From the NCBI GenBank assembly GCA_020536535.1, contig JAHLWZ010000076.1, forward strand, positions 26,102 to 90,101: 64,000 bases of DNA, read 5' to 3'. The DNA is from Pelomyxa schiedti (taxonomy: Eukaryota > Protista > Evosea). A program made the translations under genes and the position numbers. How positions within the stretch are numbered: the stretch's first letter is position 1; every line of letters begins with the position of its first letter. The notes under the pieces were generated by a model. That model saw only the letters and a list, made by a program, of their open reading frames with translations. It made no database searches and was not told where the DNA came from. Shown here piece after piece: positions 23,900-36,071 of this stretch.

Positions 23900-26800
23900 A
23901 TGAGCAGGCGTCGGGGCCGGCAGCGACGGATCTTGGACGACGACAGTGAGGAAGAGGAGGAGATCATTGCTGAGGTGGAGATGTTGGACGACGATGACAG
24001 CGAGAGTGATAGTGATGGTGACAACGACGGCGAGGGGAGCGATGTGTCTCCAAAGAGAAAGAAGAGTCGCAGGGGCAAGAAGATTGGGAAAAAGAAGAAG
24101 CCCCCGAGTGATTCTGAGAGCAGTGATGGCAAAAGTAGCGGGGGTGACGAAGGGGGTGAAAAAAGCACTGACAGCGGCAAGGGGGACTATAAGGAAGCTG
24201 AAGAAAAGGGAAAAGAGCCGGAGAAAGCAAAAAAGAAGGAAGAGGAAGAGAAAGAAGCAGAAGAAGAGAAAGAAGACGAAGGAAAACAGAAAGAGGATGA
24301 AGAAGAGGCAGAAGAAGAGGGAACGCACCCAGCACCTGACATTGAGGATGGGTCGTCATCTCCGTCACAGGGAGGCGAGGAAGATGTAGAAACAGACAAC
24401 CAAGACGACCCCAAGAAAGAAGCAGAGTCTAGTAGTGAGGAACTACTGAGTGATGAGGAACATGTGCGGGGGAAAAGAAAAAGGAAGCAGCATGGTGTAT
24501 CTTTTTTGAGGACAGGACAGTGGAAAGATAAAAGCTACCCGCACGTCACTTTCTATAAGCAGATGAGTGTGAGAAATGAATTCCTACTGTCTCTTGGAGG
24601 TGTATCTTAGTGAATCCACTTAAATTTCCTTATTTTTTTACTCGTGGTTTTGAGACCTTAGTTTTCTATTAGATACCTGCGAACTGAAGGATAGATATCA
24701 AGAAGAGAAAACTAATTACTACGTGATCCTCAAAAGAATGCTATCGAAGACTACAATGCAGATTGACTGCATGGAATATGCTTTTCCCACCCAACTACGA
24801 TTGAAGGTGCCACAATTATATCATTCATTACTCTAATGGGGAGGTTGAATGAAATTGTTCAAACGAACCTGTAGTAGGACCCTCCGAAATTGGGATCACA
24901 AGAATTAATTTTTTTACATAAGGAACATTCCTTTTCCTTGAATGAGTGAGTTTGTCCAATTTTTTTCTTTTTCCAAGTGTCTGACTCTTCGTAATTCAGA
25001 GTAAAAATTTTACACAAGATTACTGTTGTACCATTTACTGTTCTTGACAGTGACAACACTGATCCTAACAGTACATCACTTTTTACACGCAAATTTTAAC
25101 AAAGGAATAGCGTATTACTGCCAGTATGCAGCTGTGCCTATTGGAGACAGTCCTACATTTAAAATAATTCCTCTGGTGGCCAGTATTGACTACTTTCTGT
25201 TAATGGTACCCTGATTCAGAGCCTTCATGAAAGAGAAAGTCATGTCTTAAATCTACAAGGTCCACCAAAACAAGATTGAAACAGTAAAAGAAATTCTGCA
25301 CCAACCAAACCACGTGGATATCAACGAGCACCAGCGAGATACCCTATCTACAGCAGTACACTTTGCTGCCGAATTTGGTCACTCTGAGTTGATGGTACTT
25401 CCAACAATATTTGCGTTTGAGACCTGATTGTTGCATTACTAATTTCCTTTCAGTCTTTACTTCTTGACTCCGGTGCTTCACCCAACTCCCAGGACCGAGA
25501 TAACTCCACCCCACTACATTTTGCCTCAGTGGAAGGATTTGTTACTACAAAATCAACTAGATGTGCTGAGGTTTCCACCTATCTCAATAAAGCCAACTAA
25601 ACACAAAAAAATGAAACAGATTCTCCTAGAACATGGAGCCAGGATAGATTTAAGAGATAAGTGGGATAAAACGGCCTATGATTGGGTTAAAGACAATCCA
25701 GGACATAAGTTGTTTTCACCTACTTTTCTCCCTCTAATTTCTGTCACAGTCCGATTGCTAGAGTCTTTAAGAAATTCCATCCCCGATTAATATTACCTGA
25801 TGTCTCACACTCACCCACACCACCTTTACCTTCCGAGACCACTGCAACACACTTGGCACCCGTCAAAAGACCGCCTACTGCACACAAAAAAGCCTCTGCA
25901 ATGTCCGATTCCCCCGAAAGTCCAATTCCAAAGAAACCTAAAATATCTTCTCTCAAGAAACCTAAAGTATCTTGCGCCAGTAATTCCCCTCTTCCTAACC
26001 TTATTTGGGTTCACAATGACTAAAAAGATAAACCCGTAGACAAAAAGTTCCCCAATCCCCCTCAACCAGCAGCTAAGATTTCAAAAAATGTGCCAGAGGT
26101 CAAACGTCCCCCTGGTTCAACCACAACCACCAGCAATTCTAAAACGGTTACCCCCCTCACAGCCAACTTACCAAGCACCACTAGGGCTCTGGCACCCAAG
26201 AACAAAGAAACAAAGTCAGTTGTTAAAGCGAAGCAAACTGAAACAACCTTCCCACGCAAAACTCAGGCAATAAGTAGACCCCAGCAAGCACAACCCTATA
26301 AACAACGCCCTTCTCTAGACGAGGCTTCTCTTCCACCTGTACCTCGAAAGGCTCCTGATTTATCACTTGCTATTGGGCCCTCCATTGAATCACTCCAAGT
26401 ACCACTTGTTAAGCGCCAGATCGCGCTCCATGAGCTAATGCACATGACGACTCCAACAAGATTTCAACTGCCTAGTAAATATACTATGCCATTTCGTATG
26501 TGTGCTCAATCTCAACCAAACTTATTGTATTTGCATAAATGTAGTCCGAGACGACTACCTTAGTCTAGAAGAAGAGATAGACTCCTCCATTTCGGATCTC
26601 TGCGCATCAGGCCATCTAGAACTAGTGAAACCGGCTACAGACACATTTGTTGACTGTGACCGGGTAATGGCCAAACAGAGACAACAGTTCAAAGTGCGAG
26701 CTTGTCACTTAGAGCTAGCCAGAGCATGGTAAGACCTTTCTTGTCGGGCCATACTTACTTTACCTTCAGGCGGGTAACGAACACTGCAAATCAACAAGCA

Positions 26801-27791
26801 TTCAATAGTCTGGCCATATCTGAGCAACAGAGCAAGTCCTGCTTTTTCTACGGCTCTTGGGAGTCGTTGAAAGAAGTTATCACAAATGGTTTTCATCAAT
26901 GGTTTGGAAACCATCAGGTTACCTCAACGTCTCTTAGCTCCACCTAATTACCTTCAGATTAACATTGGTCATCTCATTGGACTATCCACCTACGCCACTA
27001 GATGCCTTCCATACCACCCTGCTCCTATGTACTGTCTTGCCTGTGAAGCCAAAATAGGAAAAATGTTAGCATTACCAAATGACTGTAAACTTTATGTACC
27101 TTACTTTTCCCAATCAATATTCCCTATTAACTTTAGTAGTGGCTCGAACCACAAGTGCTGAAGCAAGCTGGCTATGACTCCGTTTTTCTAAGGACAGGCT
27201 CTCCATGGGCACCAATGTTTGGATTTACTCAAGCTGCGCAGGTAAAGAAATGTATTGTACACTGTGCTAACAGATACCTGGAAGGTCTATCCAAAATATC
27301 TCTTACTCTACCGATCAGTCTATTCGCAACGTCTTAAATTCACAACAAAGTTATCCGGCACTGTACAGCACCCCATTGGTCAATTTCAAAAAGGTCTGTC
27401 ACTAAAATACTTCCTCGGTAGTAATGAACCTTCTCAAGAGTGTTCTCGAATTGGAAAGCTCAAAGAGAACGACGACTTTCTATGCTTATGGGACCCAATG
27501 CCCATATTCGATGTACACTGTAATATTGTCTGCAAACATCAAGTAAACCTCTGTGATAGCATTCCAGCTCACAAAAAGCATCAGAGGAGCTTTTTCCAAT
27601 TATCCAATGACGATGTGACCGTTGCCCTTCTTACACAGATGGATGCTTTTGCACATGAAATGGAGAAGCTGTACGTACCGTTCCATGACTTTACAAACTG
27701 ACTTCATTGTTCAAGGTTGCAAACCACACGCCCTGGGCATATTTATAGGCATGGATTTCTGACAAACCCTTACGACGAGTTTGTGGCATGA
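23900..27791 (+). CDS. Nuclear protein: acidic/basic disordered N-terminus + BAH domain + about 3 ankyrin repeats + P/K-rich linker + degenerate PARP (ADP-ribosyltransferase) fold
   Basis: BAH-like TFYKQMSVRNEFLLSLG|DTCEL...LGSQELIFL...ILHKITVV; ankyrins TAVHFAAEFGHSELM|SLLLDSGASPN and STPLHFAS; PARP-like LARAW|RVTN...FFYGS...EVITNGF...CLACEAKIGK...GYDSV...AQ|VYPKYLLLY; stop TGA 27789-27791. Confidence 0.7.
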
Positions 27792-28042
27792 AGTCTGTTG
27801 AACGCTTCTGACCTTTTCTCCAGGCAGCTTCACTGTCACATTGTTTCTATCAACAGGCCCGAGGATGTTGATCCTAATTCTTTGCTGAGGTTCAGTTACC
27901 CTAGCTTTGTCAGCATTAGAACTTTCATCAAGAAGCTCAGAACAAAGAAATCCCACTAAACAACGTGCTGAGGCAACTTATTTTCCAATGTGACTGAAAA
28001 GGAGAGTACAAGACATAAAGGAGTTTTATTGCCTACTCGTAT

Positions 28043-28856
28043 TTACAAAAGCAAACAACCTCCCCCTCCCCCACTCTTTCCACTGCCCTTGGCTTTATGT
28101 GGTGTCTGCTTTCTTGGCTTCTTTGCCGCGTCGGCCTTGGCTTTGTCCGCGTCTTCTTTTGCTTTCTTTTCACCCGTCGCCTTCAACACGTTCTCAACCA
28201 TAGTTTCGAACATTGTGTCAATGTTCTCCCCAGAGACGGCCGAAGTCTACAAATGAAATGAGTTTAGGTTGTGTTGTGTATCTCGAGCTATTTGGATACA
28301 CACCTCCCAGTAAGTAGCGTTTATGGAGGCAGCGTAGTCTTCTGCCTGCTGTCGAGTGACTGCAGGCTTCAAGTCTTTCTTGTTGCCTACAATAAAGACC
28401 TGACTTGATGGGTCTAAGTTGAATCGCTCTATCTGCTTTTGCCACTGGGTGACACACTCAAACGAATAGTGATCCGAGAGATCGAATACAATGAAGAACC
28501 CTTCATTGTTCGGAGTGAATAATGGTAGGTAAGCGAGCAAGTGAAACAACCTTTGCATTTCTTAAATATAGAAAGTGTTACAAGTGCAAATTTCTCTTCA
28601 CCAGCAGAATCCCAAGTCTGAAGTATTTGTTAGGACACATTTCGCCACATCACTGGTTTTTTGTTTCTCAAAAAAAAAAGTAAACCTTCACGACTACGTT
28701 GCTTTTCCCGATTTTAACGGTTTTTGCGTGGAAGCCCTCACCGTCAGGAGTAAGAGTGACGGTTGACGACGGCTTTCCGGCGATATAACACGTAACTATA
28801 GCAGTCTTACCGGCCCCAGATTCACCAACCACCATCAGCTCCACCGGATCTGCCAT
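28043..28856 (-). CDS. Divergent Rab-like small GTPase with CAAX tail (3 introns)
   Basis: GESGAGKT, TWDSAGEEKF, GFFIVFDL, GNKKD, E|TSAVSGENI; C-terminus GGGGGCLLL*. Confidence 0.85.
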
Positions 28857-29165
28857 TCTTCTGTTTTTTTTTTTAAATATTTCTTGTTTTTTCTGGGCGT
28901 TGCAACGTTCAAGGAAGTCGTTCGATTTGATGAAGAGATTGCAGGCGCTGGAAACACAAGTTTTCTCTGGGCTTCCACCGTTGAAATGACCACAATTCCT
29001 ATGCACTATGGAATTTGAGGCAGTCCTTGAAGGTAGTACCCTTAGGCGGTACAACGGTACCAAAAAGTTCACATACCAATTTCGTTGTAGACAGATTACC
29101 TGAAACAGAGTTGTGAGTGACAATCAAATTAATGTTAATATTAAGTTACACCTACTACGTAGGAC

Positions 29166-31509
29166 ATGACCGACGAACTAGATGCACTTCTGGCTGATCT
29201 TGCCGGTGCCACAGCACCACCCACCAAGCCTAGATCTTCGGTTGTTCCGCTGAAACAAAATCAACCAACTCGTGTCGTATCCAGAGCCTCGGATTCTTCA
29301 GCCGACGAACTTAGCGATCTTATGGCAGAGTTGAACAGTTTGGACAACCCTGCTCAAAAACCGGTATTTTTTCCTTCTCTTCTACTCTCCGAGAAGTGGA
29401 TGGAAGATATAACCTTCGGACAAGGTTTCTTCAATGCCCAAGGCATTAGATGACTTGGACAGTCTTATGGCCACTCTCAACAATCAGCCTAGTAGTTGCC
29501 TTTCCATTCTCCTGTAATTTACAAGGTAATTAGGTAAACAACCGCGCACAAGTTCAAAGTCCTCCACTACAGGACTTGATGGCCTAATGGCCGATCTTAA
29601 TGCAGCAGCAGCAAAGGCAACTCCAGGTGAGCAGCACAGCTTGTAAATAATAATAATAAAAAAAGCTTAACAACCTAACAGCTACCACCCCATCACCTAA
29701 ATCAAACCCCTCACTACCCACACGAAGACTGAGTGCACGCAAAAGTAACCCTCTAGGCGAAGATTTGGTGGGTTTAATGGCCGAGCTCGACGCAGTAGTA
29801 ACTCCAAAGCCAAACCCAGGTAGAGCTCTGCTAGAGTACTCCTTCCCTCACTCTTATAGTTACCTAATCCACGCCAGGGGCAGCACCTCCGAAATCATCT
29901 GCCAACCCTGAAGATCAAGATGAGCTTTCTGCACTCCTGGCTGATCTCACCGCCGTAGCTGCCACTCCCAGTGCGAAATCACAACCTGCACCGGCTCCAG
30001 CTGCGACTCCTACCACAAGTACCACTAAGACAGTGCCAGGTGAGAACCTCTCCTTACTCTGAATCTCCTGATCTATTTCAGCAAACCCATCTCCACGTCA
30101 TGACCCAGATGGCGATTGTGCAGTCTCTCCCCAAAAACCAGGTTTGGTGTGCTTGTGCTTACTCCTCTTATGGTCTATAGCGACTCAGACGAAGCCTGTA
30201 GCACAATCTCAAAAAGCAACACCGCCACCTGTTGTAGATGATTTAGACGCTTTGATGGCAAGTCTATCCACTTCCAAGTTTGTTTTCCCGCATTCCTCAA
30301 ACGTTGTATATTGTTGATGACTTATCTAGAAGTACTCAACCTACTCCCACAAATAAAGCCCCTGCAGTTTCACCCAGTGATCCACTAGAAGATCTACTCT
30401 GCCAGCTGAAACCATCCGCACCCAAGAAAACTCAACCCCCTGCAAAAGAAGATGATTTAGAAGACTTGCTGACAAAACTGAATGGGCAACCGTTTGTGCT
30501 GGATTCAGATTCCCCCTCCAGGGGAACATGTTTCTTTTGCAATGGCCCGATTATGGGTGAAATAATCCAAGCTTTAAGCAAGGTACACGAGTAGTTTTTC
30601 TTTCTTTCTTTCCTAAGCATTTCAGACATATCACCCAGAGCACTTCAGATGTGGTTCGTGCAACACCCCTCTCGGAACCGCAACTTTCTACGAACATGAA
30701 GGTAAACCGAACTGTGAAAAGTGCTACACAACGCTACTGTGCCCGAGATGTGCCCACTGTGACCAGCCAATTCTGGATAAATGTATCACCGCTCTAGGGA
30801 AGAAATGGCATATTGTAATTATCGAAAATGGAATGAATTGCTCTAACCATTTTCTTCCCAGAACCACTTTGTTTGTGCTGTATGCAACAACCCCTTCCCA
30901 AATGGCACATTCTATGAAAAAGATGGCAAACCCTTCTGTGAAAATGACTATGCCATCACATATGCTGCCAAGTGTGCAGGCTGCAACAAAGCTATTACTG
31001 TAAGCACTCCAAGAGAATCCATTCTCCTTTTTTACTCAAATAATGCCAGGGAGATTGTCTCAACGCACTTGGGCAGAAGTGGCACCCCGGTAATTGAGGT
31101 CTTCTTTAAAAAAATAGGCACCTAATTGTTGGCAGACCACTTTGTATGTAATTATTGTCACAGGCCCTTCCCTGGAGGGGCGTTTTATGAGTACCAAAGC
31201 AAAGCCTACTGTGAGGTGAGTGCTAATTTCTGCTTGTGGAATATATCCTTACACTCTCTAGCCCCACTACTATCAGATGACAGGTTACGTTTGTTCCGGT
31301 TGTGGAAAACCTGTTACGGGGCGTGTATTAACGGCACTAGACAAAAAATGGTTTTCCCGATCTCGATTCCACGGTAATTTACCACCATTCTCAGGCACCC
31401 AGAGCACTTTATGTGCGCCTTCTGTATGGCTCCTTTAGCTGGGGGGCTGTTCAAGGAGGAAAAAGGGAAGGCATACTGTGGAGGATGCTACCAAAAACTG
31501 TTTTGTTAA
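29166..31509 (+). CDS. pax: Paxillin-family adaptor: multiple LD motifs plus four LIM domains
   Basis: N-terminal DELDALLADL and further LD-like motifs; four LIM domains (CFFCNGPI...HPEHFRC; CAHCDQPI...HFVC; CAGCNKAI...WHPDHFVC; CSGCGKPV...HPEHFMC...CGGCYQKLFC*). Confidence 0.92.
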
Positions 31510-31571
31510 AATCCGATTGCACAATAAAAACACTACGAAAAACTTTACAACCAAGGGACTGTTCCCTCAAA

Positions 31572-34500
31572 TCAGTCTTTTTTATTAGCCTTCTCCAAGT
31601 ATCCATCAGGCTGGTCAGGTCCCTCCATTGCCTCACTCTCAGAGCCGCCATCATCGGACTCCTCCGACTCCCCTTCCTCCTCCCCAGAATCACTCCCATC
31701 CACTACTATGATGTCTTTGTTGTCCACATTGTTGCTTACAGTAGAGCCGCTAGTGCTAGTACTAGTGGTGGTGGTTGTTGTGTTGTCTTGTGCTACTGAT
31801 GATGATGATGATGGTGGTGATGGTGCTGGTACTGCTAATGGTGTGGGTGTGGGTGTGGGTGCACTTGCACTCGCCGCGGATGTTGTAAGTGTTGATGTTG
31901 GTGTTGTTACGGGTGAAAGAGGCGTTTGAGTGGGGGTGGGCATCATTAGGGATGAGGAGGTTGGAGTTGCTGGCGTTGGTGTTGTTGTTGGTGGTGGTGT
32001 TGTGCAGTGTTGTTGTTGCTGTAGGCTGTTGTGTGGCTTTTTAGGTGATTTGGTGCTTATGTTACTGACGTCTCGTTCCATCATAGAGTTCATCAGTGCT
32101 TCGTTTTCGGAGTTGAGGGCATTGGAACCTATGACCGACGGGCTGAACTCTTCCTTCTCCTGGAATATTACGGAATCGAGTCGGTTTTGGCGGCCCTGTC
32201 TCCTTTTGACAGGGGAACCCCCGGAATAGTCTGTTGTAAAACTGGCATCTACTTCGTCATCGGCTTCGGCTTCAACATCCACATCAGCATCGGCCTCAGC
32301 TTCAGCTTCATCCGCCTCAGCTTCAGCTTCAGCTTCAGCCTCAGCCTCAGCCTCAGCTTCAGCTTCGTCTTCATCACTGTCTGAATCTTGCTGAGTGGTA
32401 CCGGTTTCGGCCGAGGCTTTCATATTATGGATTTCTTCGTAGAGTCTTTGCAGTTTCGGGTTGCTGGCGCAACTTTCGAGGACTTGTTCTAGTATCTGCC
32501 ATTTGTCCAATTTTCCCCCGAAGAGATAACGTTTCCAAATACAGGAGCATTCATCTGATAATGAAATGGCTGATTCGGTAGTTTCCGAGGAGGTTGCACT
32601 CTGTGCGTGTGCTTGGCAAACAATCTTAGAACGTTTACCACCAGGTGGACCAAGCAGTGAAGTACACAAATCCCGTACAAGAGCCTCGTCACCATCGTGA
32701 GCTACTCGATGGGCTAGCATGCCAAATGCACGTTCATAATCCTGTGCAGCTCCTACTAGCTCCGCAGCAGCGACACGAGCTTGTAAAGCAGAGATTATCC
32801 GCCGGGAACTCAGTCCTGGGCCACACGGATGTGCGGGTGGAATAGGTAAAGCTCTATTTCCAACAGCCAGTTGTTGGTTGTGGGCCGGAATTGCAGTGGC
32901 CAGGTGATCACTGGTAAGGTATAAATCCGACACGCGCTCTCCAACAAGGCACCACTCTCCAAGTGCCTCATTTACTGCATAGCAGCTTCCATTACTGAAT
33001 ATGACAATCGGCACACACGTTTCACTCATCACCACTTTGGTTATATGCGCGCCAGGAGTTGCTTTTTGTTCAACACGTAGAACATGCTTCAGAGTGCTAG
33101 AATGCTTGCTAAGTGGTAGAGCACGTCTGTGGCACACATCAAGCACGCGTACATTTGCGTCACATGAAACTACACAGAGCCAGCCACGACGGTTAAACTC
33201 CAAAAATCGAGCTGTACAACCAATGAGAACCGGGCTCATAATAAGCTTGCCTGTGCTTCCACTCAGTAAATAGAGGAATCCCGCCTCTGTACAAACTGCA
33301 CATACACCGCCGCATCCTCCACATTGTACTGCCCAGCCTGGCACTACAGTTGACCAAGAAGAAGGCTGTGGCAAGGAAGTCGTAATTGATGTACCTTCCA
33401 TGGGCTGCAGGGAAACAATGGTACTCAAATCACATGAATGTGGTGCTGTGGGGGATACAACTGCACCGGAGTTATCAACAACTGAGCAAGTCAATGTTGC
33501 TTTATGTGCGGTATGGCTTGTAGTTATAACTCTAGCTATAGTAGAAGTACACTGAAGTGGCGGAATTGCAAATGTTGCTTGGTTGAGTTCTATTGCGTTG
33601 ATACTTGCAGGAGGCAATGCAGGGTGCGCCTCAATGGGACTTGGCGCAACCACTCTTGCTGGCCTTTGAGGTGCTTGAACTTCCGTAGACTCCTGTGCAG
33701 GCCTTTTTGAAGGTAGTTGGGAGGCATAAGTTGGTGTTTTCTTATGTGCGGATCCAGCCTTTCCAGTCTTGGAAGAGGATACTGGGACCCCGTCCTTTAT
33801 GAGCCTTCGTGAGGAGGGGTGCAAAAGGGCTGCAGATGCCACAACTGGGGTCTGCGGCTGTGAAATGCTAGTAGCCACATTATGTATTCCACTCATTGGA
33901 ATGTCGGTAGAACTGTTTACTGAGTTACTGGCATCCCCAGACTTCGTCACAGAACTAGAACCAACATTGAAAGAATTGGTAACTCTTAAAAGAGCAGGGC
34001 TTTCTATGATTGTGGTCTGAAGGTGATCCAACACATCACCATGTGTGGCTTGCATGTGTAAAAGAGTCTGTTGTTCATTCAAAGGCTGTCCTAACTCTGA
34101 TACTGTGAACCTAATGAAAGCAAGGGACCCATCCGATGAGCAGGCAATAAGGCAGAGGCCATCTGGGGTCCATGTTAAATCCTAATAAGTGTCATAATGG
34201 AAATAGCATCAAGGCGTTTTACAACCTGCACCGATTGGGGAAATGCCTTTCTGAGAGCTGCAACAGGTTTTCGACAGGCAGCATTTTTCCACACAGATAA
34301 GCCACCATCTTGACTACCTAGAGCCAACACAGTAGTCGTCTCTCCACCAGTCTATTAAAGTTTAAGTAAAAAGGGAAAAAAGGTACAAAAAATTACCTTG
34401 TACACACACGGACTGAAGCAGCTGGCTACTATAGGGAGTGAGTGACCCACAAATGTAAAAACACGTTCCGTAAGCCCTCTGTCGAACAAAATTGCACTCT

Positions 34501-35937
34501 GCTTTTCCTCAGTGTAAGCTGTAACAAGGATAACATGGCCAGCATCCGGGGACCAAGAAGGCCTACCTATCAACGAGTGAATAAACCAGAATACTACTGA
34601 TTGTCAGTGCTTACGAAAATAAGATGACTTGGTGGAGTGTGCAAAGGCATCGCTGATGTTCTTTTCCACTGTCCAATCTTCCGTTTTGAAAAACTTTTTC
34701 CACCATTACTTGTCATCAGACAACAACACTGTTACGGGAACACACTGTAGCAACTTCTTCGCCCTGCACAGCTAAATAGCGTTGTAGTGGGTCCCACCCA
34801 AGCCCTTTAGCAGGTCCCGGAAAATTGCTGATCACTACAGTCTGGGCGTATGTGGTGCAATCCCATACTATGATCAGGTTATCCACACCAGCAGATACGA
34901 TGCGCGTGCCATCAGGAGTCCATGTTACGTCGTTTACATCACGTTGGTGGCCACGTAGTTGCTGGACGAGTTGGTACTGTGACAGTAAATAAAGACTTGA
35001 GGTTAATTAAATGTATCCGCATAAGGGGGGTGTGCAGCTTCAATTAGTGGCCTTGTTCTGAAAAGGGATTGCAAATAAATATTTAAGCAGGCCATTTTAT
35101 TTTATATCTGTGGCTGAGGGAAAGGGATAATACTTCTTCAAACACCGTGTCCTGCCCAATTATAATCTTTCCTGAAGGAAGTTTATGAAGAAATCTCCAC
35201 AGGTAAACACTTCCATCATCACAACCTAAAAGAATCATTAAAGTTACCCCAGGCTCAACATTAACCAACAATAAACTACCAGAGGCGAGCATGAGGGTTT
35301 CCTTTGGCGACCATCTCACACAGTTCACAGACCCACAATGCTGAAGTACTGCCAACAGTGCAGGTTTGCTCCCTTGCTATACATTTCCTTCATTAGTAGG
35401 CACGATAACAGTGCCAGAAGCATAAAAGGAAATTAAACCAAAACACAAAAAAAAATAAAAATAAAAATAAAACGAAGACAGACACACCACTGCATCCGTT
35501 GTGCCCTGTTGCTGCTGCGACGTCGAATCCATCCCATTCCGCGAAGGCGACAACGGGCTAGCAGCACCCAATGCCCCCTGTTGCTGCTGCATCGGTGAGG
35601 TCGTGGGATCGAACCCCGGCCCAGCCATTGCCCCAATCCCGCCGCTGCCACTCACACTCGGACTCGGACTAGGCGTCATCCCAGGCGACCCCTGCTGCTG
35701 CTGCTGTTGAACCATGAGAGATTGTGGTTGTTGTTGTTGCTGCTGCTGCAGCAGTTGCAATTGGTGGTGGCGCTGGAGTAAGTCTTGGTGGCGGAGGCAC
35801 GCGGGGAGGGACCACACCCTGACGGTGGAGTCGGCGCCGCCCGACGCCAGGTGCTCCCCGTCGCGGTGCACGTGGACCGACGTGATCATCGCTGACCGAC
35901 GGTGCTTGCATATCGGCGACCGCCCGATGTGCACCAT
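31572..35937 (-). CDS. HIRA: HIRA/Hir1 histone H3.3 chaperone (WD40 propeller + C-terminal Hira domain)
   Basis: ITSVHVHRDGEHLASGGADSTVRVWS, HCGSVNCVRWSP, WDPLQRYLAV, RPSWSPDAG, LTWTPDG; B-domain-like SSRRLI; Hira domain AVCTEAGFLYLLSGSTGKLIMSPVLIG...VRDLCTSLLGP. Confidence 0.9.
32292..32366 (-). repeat. Coding hexanucleotide repeat giving an (EA)n tract in the HIRA C-terminus
   Basis: Tandem tcagct/tcagcc units on the plus strand encode EAEAEAEAEAEAEAEAEADEAEAEA on the minus strand. Confidence 0.9.
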
Positions 35938-36071
35938 TTCGATGTGTGTGTGTTGCGGGTATCGGCGGTGTTTTTGCTTTTTGTTGTTGTGTTTTGGTTT
36001 CGTGGTGCTGTTTCAGAAGACGAGAAGCTTTGCATAAATTTAGATTTTTAGAACAGGGGTTTAGTGCTGGT

